The notes beneath the pieces were generated by a model. That model worked only from the letters and a program-made list of their open reading frames with translations. It was not told the origin of the DNA and did not search any database. Source: a virus. From it: 64,000 nucleotides of DNA. Shown here in pieces: positions 10,635 to 20,200 of this stretch. The first letter of the stretch is position 1. Each line of letters opens with the position of its first letter. Where the stretch lies: IMG/VR virus record IMGVR_UViG_3300034121_001395; one strand, 5' to 3'. Position numbers and translations under genes: made by a program.

Positions 10635-12422
10635 ATGAGTCAACAAACACTATATAACGATTTGGTAATTACTGGTGACCTAACCGTATCAGGTGCCACA
10701 ACTACAATTAGCACTACAAATTTAATTGTAGAAGATAAAAATATTATACTAGGCAATGTCGATGACACTCCTACAAATGTTACAGCAGATGGAGGAGGCA
10801 TCACACTACGTGGCACTACTGATAAAACTTTTAATTGGACTTCATCCACCTCTTCTTGGACTTCTTCTGAGGATTTAAACCTGTCCTCTGGAAAGGTATA
10901 CGAGATAAATGGAATCAGTGTATTAAGTTCAACTACACTAGGAAGTGGAGTAACTGGTTCATCATTAACAGGCGTAGGAACAATCGGAACTGGAACGTGG
11001 GCTGGAACAATTATAAGTCCAACTTATGGAGGAACTGGTGTCAATAATGGTGTCAAAACAATAACTCTTGGTGGTAACTTAACAACAAGTGGAGCATTCA
11101 CTACTACGCTAATCGCAACTGGAAATACCAGTGTGATTTTGCCGACGAGTGGTACACTCGCAAACAGAGAAACAAATCTTAGTCAGTTCGCGTCTACAAC
11201 TTCAGCACAGCTTGCAGGCTTGATTCCAGATGAAACCGGAAGCGGTTCATTAGTATTTTCAATTAACCCAGTATTAAATGAACCAATTATTGGCACTATA
11301 AATGGTTCAGGGTCGGCAAGCGGAACACTAACTCTACGTTCCACAACAAACATAGGAAAGGCTAATGCTGGAATATTAATGCCAGATAATATTCCATCTA
11401 GTTCATCAACTACAGGTTCGCTCGTAGTAACTGGTGGAGTTGGAGTCAGTGGAAACTTGTATGCTGGAGGAAACATCTATGCTAACAATGAGATTCTAGC
11501 TACTAAAAGTTATGTAGATACACTTGCTGAAGGACTACACGTTCATGCCCAAGTGCATGTTATACTAAATACACCGCTTGAAACTATTACTGGTGGAAGT
11601 GTCACCTATAACAATGGAACTGATGGTGTAGGTGCGTTCTTAACACTTAGCAATCCTATTAGTTTTACTACTGGACTAGAAGGTGATCTCGATCTTGGGG
11701 TTGGTTCACGAATTATAGTCAACGGGCAAAGCCAAGCACTTCGCAACGGGATCTATGTTATTGCATCGACAACACGTTTAGATCGTGCTACTGATTTTGA
11801 TACCCCTCTTGCAATGGCTGGTGGAGATTTTGTATTCGTCACTCATGGTTCAACATACGCGAATACTGGTTGGGTGCTCGGTGAAGCTGTAGCATCAGTT
11901 GGAGTTTCTCCGGTAAACTTTATTCAATTTTCTGGAGCAGGCACACCTATAGCAGGTGCTGGACTGTCCGCTGACGGATTGATCTTGAACGTTGGAGGTA
12001 CAAGCGGCCGCATAGTTACAAATTCAGATTCAATTGATCTTGCTACGACTGGGGTGTCAGCTGGTACATATGAAAATGTAACTGTTGACGCATATGGTCG
12101 TGTTACTTCTGGCACAAATACTACATTTGATTCAAGCATAACTGGAAGTGGTAAAACTTTTACAAACGCTGATGATGGCAAAATATTTCATATCACTGGA
12201 GCAAATACACTTACTCTTCCAAGTTATGCATCGGCAAGCAGCGGATGGATCATTGGTATTGTAAATGTCGGCGGACTCGCGCTTACTCTCAATATTGCGG
12301 ATGGTTCTGGAAATACTATAAATGATGGCACTACAATAAGCAATACTGTTAAATGGTCATCTTTTTATGTGTATAAATCAGATGTATCTGATAAATTTAT
12401 TGCAATTGGTGTCTTATATTAA
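10635..12422 (+). CDS. Tail fibre protein
   Basis: G/T/S-rich fibre motifs (GDLTVSGATTTI, GSLVVTGGVGVSG); shares a ~200-aa module with ORF 17280..22037. Confidence 0.75.
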   Translation: MSQQTLYNDLVITGDLTVSGATTTISTTNLIVEDKNIILGNVDDTPTNVTADGGGITLRGTTDKTFNWTSSTSSWTSSEDLNLSSGKVYEINGISVLSSTTLGSGVTGSSLTGVGTIGTGTWAGTIISPTYGGTGVNNGVKTITLGGNLTTSGAFTTTLIATGNTSVILPTSGTLANRETNLSQFASTTSAQLAGLIPDETGSGSLVFSINPVLNEPIIGTINGSGSASGTLTLRSTTNIGKANAGILMPDNIPSSSSTTGSLVVTGGVGVSGNLYAGGNIYANNEILATKSYVDTLAEGLHVHAQVHVILNTPLETITGGSVTYNNGTDGVGAFLTLSNPISFTTGLEGDLDLGVGSRIIVNGQSQALRNGIYVIASTTRLDRATDFDTPLAMAGGDFVFVTHGSTYANTGWVLGEAVASVGVSPVNFIQFSGAGTPIAGAGLSADGLILNVGGTSGRIVTNSDSIDLATTGVSAGTYENVTVDAYGRVTSGTNTTFDSSITGSGKTFTNADDGKIFHITGANTLTLPSYASASSGWIIGIVNVGGLALTLNIADGSGNTINDGTTISNTVKWSSFYVYKSDVSDKFIAIGVLY

Positions 12423-12424
12423 TT

Positions 12425-12622
12425 ATGAATTTAGAAGATTTTAAACGCGCAACAATTGCCCAAGTAAGTGAATTTTGGAGATTTACGACGTCTGGAACCA
12501 CCACACTATCTAATTTTAATGTGACTACTAGCAGTGGTAATATTAAAATTATTTGGTCTGATGGTACGCCGCCAGACATTGCTACCTCTGGTCAAAATAT
12601 TTCCCATATATATACCTTATAA
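12425..12622 (+). CDS. Small hypothetical protein (PKD-like W-x-DG...H-x-Y motif)
   Basis: 65-aa ORF with ATG start, 2 nt from each neighbour; IIWSDGT...SHIY. Confidence 0.55.
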   Translation: MNLEDFKRATIAQVSEFWRFTTSGTTTLSNFNVTTSSGNIKIIWSDGTPPDIATSGQNISHIYTL

Positions 12623-12624
12623 CT

Positions 12625-13641
12625 ATGCCTACTAGATCTATCAACATTGTACCGCAAAATGGTAATGCCTCAGTAACGGCAATAAACTGTGGTACTTCAA
12701 CCCCAAAATTAGGCGGCACAATAGATGTATCTGCTTTTCCTAATTTGCAGGAGTTTAGGTGCAATTCTAATGATATAACAGCATTGTCTGGTTATACAAA
12801 TAATAGCAATTTGACAATTGTGGATTTTGCTGTTAATAAAGTAACTGGTTCTATCCCCGGTTTGACTGGGATGAGTAATTTACAAACTTTTCGTTGCCAC
12901 ACAAATCAACTTACCGGATCGATTCCAAGTTTGACTGGGTTGAGTAATTTACAACTATTTGCATGTCACACCAATCAACTTACCGGATCGATTCCAAGTT
13001 TGACTGGGTTGGCTAGCTTGTTAACATTAAACGCTTACAATAATTTGATTACTGGGAGCATTCCATCATTAACTGGAGCGCCCAATTTACTTAATTTGTT
13101 TATTCAAAGTAACCAACTTACCGGATCGATTCCAAGTTTGACTGGGTTGAGTAATTTACAAGAGTTTCATTGTGAAATAAATCAACTTACTGGATCGATT
13201 CCAAGTTTGACTGGGTTGAGTAATTTACAGGGTTTTTATTGCCACACAAATCAACTTACCGGATCGATTCCAAGTTTGACTGGGTTGAGTAATTTGCGAT
13301 ATTTTTATTGCAATAACCAACTGGGAACAACAAAATTAACAGGATCTATTCCCAGTTTAAGCGGATTGAGTAATTTGCAATCTTTTGATTGCACCCTAAA
13401 TCAACTTACTAGCTTTGCGGGTGGTTCTGTTTCTGCTACTTTAGGAGACTTTCGAGCTAATGTTAATCTATTGTCAGCATCAGCAGTAAACGCGATTTTA
13501 GCGGCTTTTGTTGCTGCCAATAAAACAACCGGGACAAGGGTATTAAATCTTGGCGGAACTGGTAATGCAGCCCCAACCGGTCAAGGGCTAACAGACGTGA
13601 CTACGTTGAGAAATCGTGGATGGTCAGTTACTACAAATTAA
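12625..13641 (+). CDS. Leucine-rich-repeat protein (23-aa plant-type LRR, NQLTGSIPSLTGLSNLxxFxCxx)
   Basis: About 9-10 LRR units visible in the translation, within the tail gene cluster. Confidence 0.85.
   Translation: MPTRSINIVPQNGNASVTAINCGTSTPKLGGTIDVSAFPNLQEFRCNSNDITALSGYTNNSNLTIVDFAVNKVTGSIPGLTGMSNLQTFRCHTNQLTGSIPSLTGLSNLQLFACHTNQLTGSIPSLTGLASLLTLNAYNNLITGSIPSLTGAPNLLNLFIQSNQLTGSIPSLTGLSNLQEFHCEINQLTGSIPSLTGLSNLQGFYCHTNQLTGSIPSLTGLSNLRYFYCNNQLGTTKLTGSIPSLSGLSNLQSFDCTLNQLTSFAGGSVSATLGDFRANVNLLSASAVNAILAAFVAANKTTGTRVLNLGGTGNAAPTGQGLTDVTTLRNRGWSVTTN
12907..13296 (+). repeat. 69-bp-period coding tandem repeat (LRR framework)
   Basis: caacttac(c/t)ggatcgattccaagtttgactgggttg starts at 12907, 12976, 13114, 13183 and 13252 (spacings 69, 138, 69, 69). 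Confidence 0.95.
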
Positions 13642-13645
13642 TATT

Positions 13646-13915
13646 ATGATTAAAATATATACAAAACAATTAGAGGCAGAAGAAATAATTTCTTCTCCAG
13701 ATAAAGTTTATACAACGGAACAAGATTGGTGGATGATATATGATGCTACCACTAAACAAATAATTGTAGAACCGCAACAATGCTCTGGCTATACTTCAAG
13801 CCCTCTTGCTATGGTTATTGCTGATGCTATAGAAGAACTTGAGCAATATATTGCTGATAATAATTTAATATTTAAAAATAAACTTCAGCCAAACTACATT
13901 GGCGAGGAATTATAA
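13646..13915 (+). CDS. Hypothetical protein
   Basis: The ATG at 13646 (MIKIYTK), just after the LRR stop, is more plausible than the overlapping start at 13616. Confidence 0.65.
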   Translation: MIKIYTKQLEAEEIISSPDKVYTTEQDWWMIYDATTKQIIVEPQQCSGYTSSPLAMVIADAIEELEQYIADNNLIFKNKLQPNYIGEEL

Positions 13916-13924
13916 ATAATTAGT

Positions 13925-15496
13925 ATGTCAACACCAATTAATTTAGGTCCATATTTACTTAACGCTCCAACAGAAACTGAAAAGGGGCATATACGTAATA
14001 GTTTAAGTCTTGGATCAGCTTCTCTTTTACAAGGACAATTTTTAGATAATAACAGATTAGAATTTGCTGACCCAAATAATTCTACTCGTAAAATTATACT
14101 TGATAAAACTCTTTTTGGATCAGCGGTAGCCGATCGTTTACGTTTTGCGCGGGCACTTAACATTACCGGTGAAGTTACTACAGCAACTCCAATTCCACTT
14201 TTCGATGGAACTGAAGACGTTAATATACCAATAAGCATTAATCCTGGAGCAATTACTGAATCTAAATTAGCTACAGACGCTGTAGTTGCATCTAAAATTA
14301 AAAATGGTGAAGTTACTCCGGCAAAACTTTCTGCTGGAGGACCATTTTGGGCTGGCAGCACTACATTTTTATCATCTGGTCTAGAACTTGGAAATAACAT
14401 TATTGCCGATGGTTCTTCTTTTGTAGATTTTCATTCATCTTTCCCAATAGTTGATTATGACGCTCGAATAGAACGCAAATCAGGTGTTAATGGAGCATTA
14501 GATATTATTAATGTCGGTACTGGTCCAATAAATGTTGGCTATGGTTTGTCGATTGCATCTAATAATACAGTAACCACATCACGTCAATTAATAGGCAGAT
14601 TAGAAATTATTGGAAATCAAATTAATACGACGTTTGCAAATAATGCAGAAATTGCGCTCAACTTTGAAAACAGCGATAGTACGGTTGCAAATTTCTTAAA
14701 TACTACAATATACAACGGTAAACGTGAAGTTTCTGCAAAGTTTTTTGGTGACACAAAAACACTTGAAACATATGGGCCGTGTCGTTCAGTAACAAACGGA
14801 CAAGTTGGGTGGGCTACCGCTGGACTTGAAACACGCAGCACATCTGGAAATACATTGCTAGCATTACATGCTGTTGGTTCAACCGCAACTCTATTAAAAC
14901 ATGTTCGTGGCGGATCAGGATTAGAAATACGTGACGCGGGAGACACTGGCTTTGCTCCGCTGAAGGCTTCAACATTTACAGGTAATAACGCGCTCTATTT
15001 AAACTACGAAACTCCAACAATATATCTTCAAGACACAAATCATCGTGGTTCGATGATATATGTAGACAACAATATATTTTCTATACGTCGGTCGTCTGGC
15101 AATAATTCTACAACGATGCAAGATCTTAATGGTCGTTGGCCACTAGACATCAACCTAGAGACAAATAACGCGACCTTTGGTGCAGATGTAAATGCTGCTT
15201 CATTTACTTCTCGTTCTTCGATTCGTTATAAGAAAAACATACAACCGCTACAAGATTCGCTGTCTAAAGTAAACTCGTTAAATGGAGTTTCATATGTTTG
15301 GAAAGAAACTAAAAAGGCTGATCTTGGATTAATAGCAGAAGAAGTGTATAAGGTTTATCCAGATCTTGTGCATAAGACAGAGACTGACGAAGTTGAGGGC
15401 ATAGATTATGGAAAATTAACTGCGGTACTTATTGAAGCAGTAAAAGAGTTGACTTGTCGTGTACAGACCCTTGAAAAACAATTAAAACAAAGATAA
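13925..15496 (+). CDS. Tail fibre with C-terminal intramolecular chaperone (Peptidase_S74-like)
   Basis: FVDFHSS...DYDARI motif seen in long tail fibres; C-terminal SSIRYKKNIQPL...GLIAEEV...PDLV...GIDYGKLTAVLIEAVKEL followed by a coiled coil. Confidence 0.85.
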   Translation: MSTPINLGPYLLNAPTETEKGHIRNSLSLGSASLLQGQFLDNNRLEFADPNNSTRKIILDKTLFGSAVADRLRFARALNITGEVTTATPIPLFDGTEDVNIPISINPGAITESKLATDAVVASKIKNGEVTPAKLSAGGPFWAGSTTFLSSGLELGNNIIADGSSFVDFHSSFPIVDYDARIERKSGVNGALDIINVGTGPINVGYGLSIASNNTVTTSRQLIGRLEIIGNQINTTFANNAEIALNFENSDSTVANFLNTTIYNGKREVSAKFFGDTKTLETYGPCRSVTNGQVGWATAGLETRSTSGNTLLALHAVGSTATLLKHVRGGSGLEIRDAGDTGFAPLKASTFTGNNALYLNYETPTIYLQDTNHRGSMIYVDNNIFSIRRSSGNNSTTMQDLNGRWPLDINLETNNATFGADVNAASFTSRSSIRYKKNIQPLQDSLSKVNSLNGVSYVWKETKKADLGLIAEEVYKVYPDLVHKTETDEVEGIDYGKLTAVLIEAVKELTCRVQTLEKQLKQR

Positions 15497-15499
15497 ACT

Positions 15500-16909
15500 A
15501 TGCCAACCGGTTATACAATAAACGGTACTGACTTTGATGAACTGTTTAAACCACGCGTAGGAACTGCTGGGGCGGCGTGTGGTTATAATGTAGTAACTTC
15601 TACAAACCCATACACGACTCAAGATTTAGCGAGCCGCTATGAGCCTAGTAGAGGAGCAGTGGATCGAATACCTGAATTTACGAGACTTAAAACATCAACT
15701 GGCATTGACCTGCGTGATTTGTTTATGAATGGCGGTTTTGAAATTATTCCTACATACACACTTGTTGCAAATAAAACTTCAATCAATGAAACGACTGACC
15801 GAACTGTAACCTTTACATTAACCACAACTGATGTGCCTAATGGAACAATCCTGTATGTGTCACTGTCTAGAACTGACTTGACATTAAGTGCAAGTACGAT
15901 TACAGTAAACTCTAACACAGCAAGTTTTAGCGCGACTGCAACAGATGACGCAGTTGCTGAAGGATATGTTACATTTCAGGCAATTCTTCGTACTGGTTCT
16001 CAGTCTGGTCCAGAGGTTGCACTCAGCAATGCTATTGGGTTGGTTGATTCTTCGATTCCAATTCCAACATATTCTATTGCCCCTTCATTATCTGCCATTA
16101 ATGAAGGGGGTTCAGTAACATTTAATGTCTCTACCACAAATGTTAATCCTGGAACTACATTATACTGGACCACATCTAGAACAGATTTGACGCCTAATAA
16201 TGGGAGTTTTATAGTATCTAGTGGCAGTAATTCTTTTGCAGTTACTGCAAACTTAGATAGTACAACTGAAGGATACACTACATTTACTGCAAGTTTACGC
16301 GCAGGAAGCGTGACTGGCGGAATTTTAACTACAAGCGGTACAGTTGGTATAAATGATACATCAACCACGCCAATAAATTATTCTATAGGTCTTAGAATTG
16401 ATGTATATCGAAATACTTCTGGTGGAAGAAATGGTAATGCTGATAACGGTAAAGTACGAGTTTTAATAAACCGTGATAGTGTTTTAAAATATGGATCAGA
16501 TGGTTATTGTAACGTGACTGTAAGAGTTTCAAATAACTTTATGGATCCAGATAAAGATGGAATAAATACTGGATATTATCTATTAAGACAATGGAATAAC
16601 ACAGTTTTTTCCGGATTTATTCCACTTACATCATTTAATTGGAATTTTACTCTCAGATTAACTGAACAAGAGTTAAAAACTAAAGTACCAAATACTGTTA
16701 TAGGTAGAGCAAATGATACAGGATATTATGATATTACAAGTACATTACCAACTCCATCGACAGCGGGATGGTCAGAAACTAATGGTATACCATGGGGTTC
16801 AAATACTACAATAACTATAAAAGATACTCTTGCAGGCACAACTAAAACTGGAATAGTATCATCGCATTTTAATGGTTATACTGATCAAGCATATCCAAAT
16901 TATTTTTAA
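15500..16909 (+). CDS. Fibre-associated adhesin with two Calx-beta/Ig-like repeats
   Basis: Two repeats of PTY...INE...VTF...TT.V..GT.LY...SRTDLT...EGY.TF.A.LR.GS..G; directly follows the S74 fibre gene. Confidence 0.6.
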   Translation: MPTGYTINGTDFDELFKPRVGTAGAACGYNVVTSTNPYTTQDLASRYEPSRGAVDRIPEFTRLKTSTGIDLRDLFMNGGFEIIPTYTLVANKTSINETTDRTVTFTLTTTDVPNGTILYVSLSRTDLTLSASTITVNSNTASFSATATDDAVAEGYVTFQAILRTGSQSGPEVALSNAIGLVDSSIPIPTYSIAPSLSAINEGGSVTFNVSTTNVNPGTTLYWTTSRTDLTPNNGSFIVSSGSNSFAVTANLDSTTEGYTTFTASLRAGSVTGGILTTSGTVGINDTSTTPINYSIGLRIDVYRNTSGGRNGNADNGKVRVLINRDSVLKYGSDGYCNVTVRVSNNFMDPDKDGINTGYYLLRQWNNTVFSGFIPLTSFNWNFTLRLTEQELKTKVPNTVIGRANDTGYYDITSTLPTPSTAGWSETNGIPWGSNTTITIKDTLAGTTKTGIVSSHFNGYTDQAYPNYF

Positions 16910-16940
16910 TCATCATATTAAAATATTATAAATATAGAAT

Positions 16941-17276
16941 ATGGCTACATATTCTGATATTTTTATAGACCAGGGCAGTACATATTCCTCAACTATAGAT
17001 GTACTTGATGCTAATGGATTGCCTTTTAATTTGACTGGATATTCTGCTCGTGGTCAAATTCGTAAAAGTTATTCATCGACAAATGCAATAGCTTTTGCTA
17101 CAAATATTAATCTTCCTCTTACTGGTAAAGTCAATATTTCGTTGACATCAAGCCAAACTCGAGTCATGAAGTCTGGACGATATGTCTATGACGTTGAAAT
17201 TTATAATAATGGTGGTCATGTTATTCGTATAAGTGAAGGTCAAGTCGAGATTTCTCCAGCGTCAACACGTCCTTAA
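16941..17276 (+). CDS. Conserved small virion structural protein
   Basis: IDQGSTY...LTGYSARGQIRKSYSS...GRYVYDVEI...RISEG motif set, common next to T4-like fibre genes; late promoter immediately upstream. Confidence 0.7.
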   Translation: MATYSDIFIDQGSTYSSTIDVLDANGLPFNLTGYSARGQIRKSYSSTNAIAFATNINLPLTGKVNISLTSSQTRVMKSGRYVYDVEIYNNGGHVIRISEGQVEISPASTRP

Positions 17277-17279
17277 TGC

Positions 17280-20200
17280 ATGTCAAATATAACTTCTACA
17301 ATAACACCTGACACTCTTATAACATCTACAGTATCATCACCAATTACTGTAAGTGTTTCTACATTTAGTGAGGGTGGACGCACACTTTCAGAGCTTACTG
17401 ACGTTGATTTACAAGGCGTAACATCTGGATCAATACTAATTTATGATACAAACGAATTTGTGTCACGCGCATTGACTGGTGATGTTACTATAAACTCTTC
17501 AGGAGTCACAACAATATCTCCAAATTCTGTGACACTTGGCAGTGATACAACTGGTCAATATGTGTCAACAATTGTTGGAACGTCAGATCAAGTTATTGTA
17601 GGTGGATCTGGAGTCGAGTCTGCTGCAGTTACACTAAGTTTACCACAATCCATAGCGCCTACATCGAGTCCTACATTTAATAATATTACACTAAGCGGGT
17701 CAATTACAAATGCTGATCTAACTGCTAAATTAAACGCTAAGGCACCATCTCATTCTCCTACATTTACTGGAACCGTAAGTGGAATTACAAAGGAGATGGT
17801 CGGACTGAGTGCTGTAGACAATACAAGTGATCTTAATAAACCAATTTCAACCGCAATACAGTCTGCGTTAAATACAAAAGTCAACGTAATAGTTGGAAAA
17901 GCACTTTCAGATGAAAATTATACAGCAATTGAAAAGACTAAGTTAGCTGGGATAGCAAATGGCGCAACCGCAAATTCAACTGATGCATATCTACTTGACC
18001 GAGCAAATCATACTGGCAGTCAATCATACACAACTATAACCGGCCTAGGCACACTTGCAACTCAAAGTGGGACTTTTAGTGGGACTTCAAGCGGTACAAA
18101 TACTGGTGACCAGACTATTACCCTTGGCGGCGATGCAAGTGGCAGCGGAACTGGATTATTAAATGTTACTCTATCTTCAACTGGAGTGTTTGCCGGAACA
18201 TATAATAATAGTGCTACAGTAGTCTCTCCACTTACAATAGACGTCAAAGGACGCATTACTGCAGTTGGAAATCCAATTACAATTTCTCCACACTGGAATT
18301 CGGTAACAAATAAGCCAACCACATTGTCTGGTTATGGCATCTCAGATGCTGTTGACCTGTCTAGCTCTCAAACTATAAGCGGGCATAAAGATTTTACAAG
18401 CAGTCCCACAGTTCCACTTATACCAACTGCTTCTGGACACGCTGCATCAAAAGCATATGTTGATACACTCTCTGAAGGACTGCATGTGCATGCTGCTACG
18501 CATGCGATTATCACCGGTCCATTATCGCAATATCTAGATGATGGAACTTATGTAATTTATAGCAATGGCACAAATGGAGTTGGAGCAAAATTAACAGTGT
18601 CTGCTCCAGTAACATGGACAACGGTTTTTAATGACTCTGATATTATAGTTGGCAGTCGAGTAATAATTGCTGGTCAAAGTACAAGTGCTCATAATGGTAT
18701 ATATGTTGTAAGTTCTAGCACCGAATTAACTCGTGCAGATGATTTTAATACTCCAACAGAAATGGCAGGAGGTGACTTTGTTTTTGTTACTCATGGAACA
18801 TACGCTGACACTGGTTGGGTACTCTCTGAGCCAGTGACTGAGGTTGGTGCAACTGCAGTAATATTCACACAATTTTCTGGAGCAGGCACATATGAAGCTG
18901 GGTCGGGACTCTCTCGCGATGGCACAACATTTTCAGTAAAAAGTGCTGGTATTGATAGAATCATTGTTGATGTGCTTGGCGTTGATCTTGCAAGGACTGG
19001 AATATCAACTGGCACATATCGTTCAGTGACTGTTGACTCTTATGGGCGAGTCACAGCTGGCAGCAATCCGACTACATTAAACGGTTATGGAATTACAGAT
19101 GCGGCATCTTCAACTGCTCTAAGCAATCATATTAGCGATGCTACAGTTCACCTAACAAGCACACAAAATACGCTGCTTGATGGCATCACTGTGACATCTG
19201 AAAAGGTTAACTATCTGTCTAACGTCACATCAAATATACAGAGTCAACTTGACGGCAAGAGTGCAAGCGGTCATACACACTCTGCTGCAACTACAAGCGT
19301 CGCTGGATTTTTATCAGCAAGTGATAAATCTAAACTTGATGGTATTGCTGCAGGCGCCGAGGTAAATGTTAACGCTGACTGGAGCGCAGCGAGTGGAGAC
19401 ACCCAAATTTTAAATAAACCAACCACGCTGTCTGGATATGGCATTACTGATGCTGTAAATTTAACTGGCACTCAAACTATAACTGGAACAAAAACGATAA
19501 ATGCTCCAGTCACGATGAATAGTAATTTTCTTACGATTCAAAGTGATGCATTAAACCCATCATACGGTTTAAAGATAGCAAATACAAATTCATTTGATCC
19601 TGGAACGCCGTTGCTTGTTGACGGTCGAGCACGATTTGTGCATGGTGTATCATTTGCAGCAGGCATAACAAACTTTACGAATAATAGCGATCACACACAC
19701 GTTCAATGGACAGCTCAAGGTCGTGGTAATTGGCAGATGATTCAAAATGGTGGAACAAGTTCTACCAATAGAAATACATTTTTACTAACGACTGTAGGAT
19801 CCACTGCATCGCAAACGTTTTTTAATGAGTCGAATGCATACAACGTTGATACTACGGGTGTAGTAGCAAGCAGCGTCTCTCCATTTATCGCGACTGGAAT
19901 AAAGGTAAACTATAATACTGCTGGTTCTGGACTAGCGATTGGAGACTATGTGCAAATTACGTTTAATCCTGGCGCTGCGGGTGTTGTAGCAAATACCTAT
20001 CCAGGTGTTGTAACTGCTGGTCCTACCGCAGTTACGATTGCTGGTACTACTAAACATCAATATACATTTTCATTAGAAAATTTTAGTAGCGTTAACTGGG
20101 TGGCAGCGTCTGCGCGCGCTGAATTAATCTACTTAAATTCGAGTAGCGTTAATAACGTTCGCGTCTCTTATGCGCCTACACAAATTGATGGCACTCGAGT

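Noticed and set aside
12907-13296. CRISPR-like array (constant repeat plus variable spacer)
   Set aside because: The period is exactly 69 nt (23 codons), in frame within an LRR ORF. The 'spacers' keep the F.C pattern and there are no cas genes.
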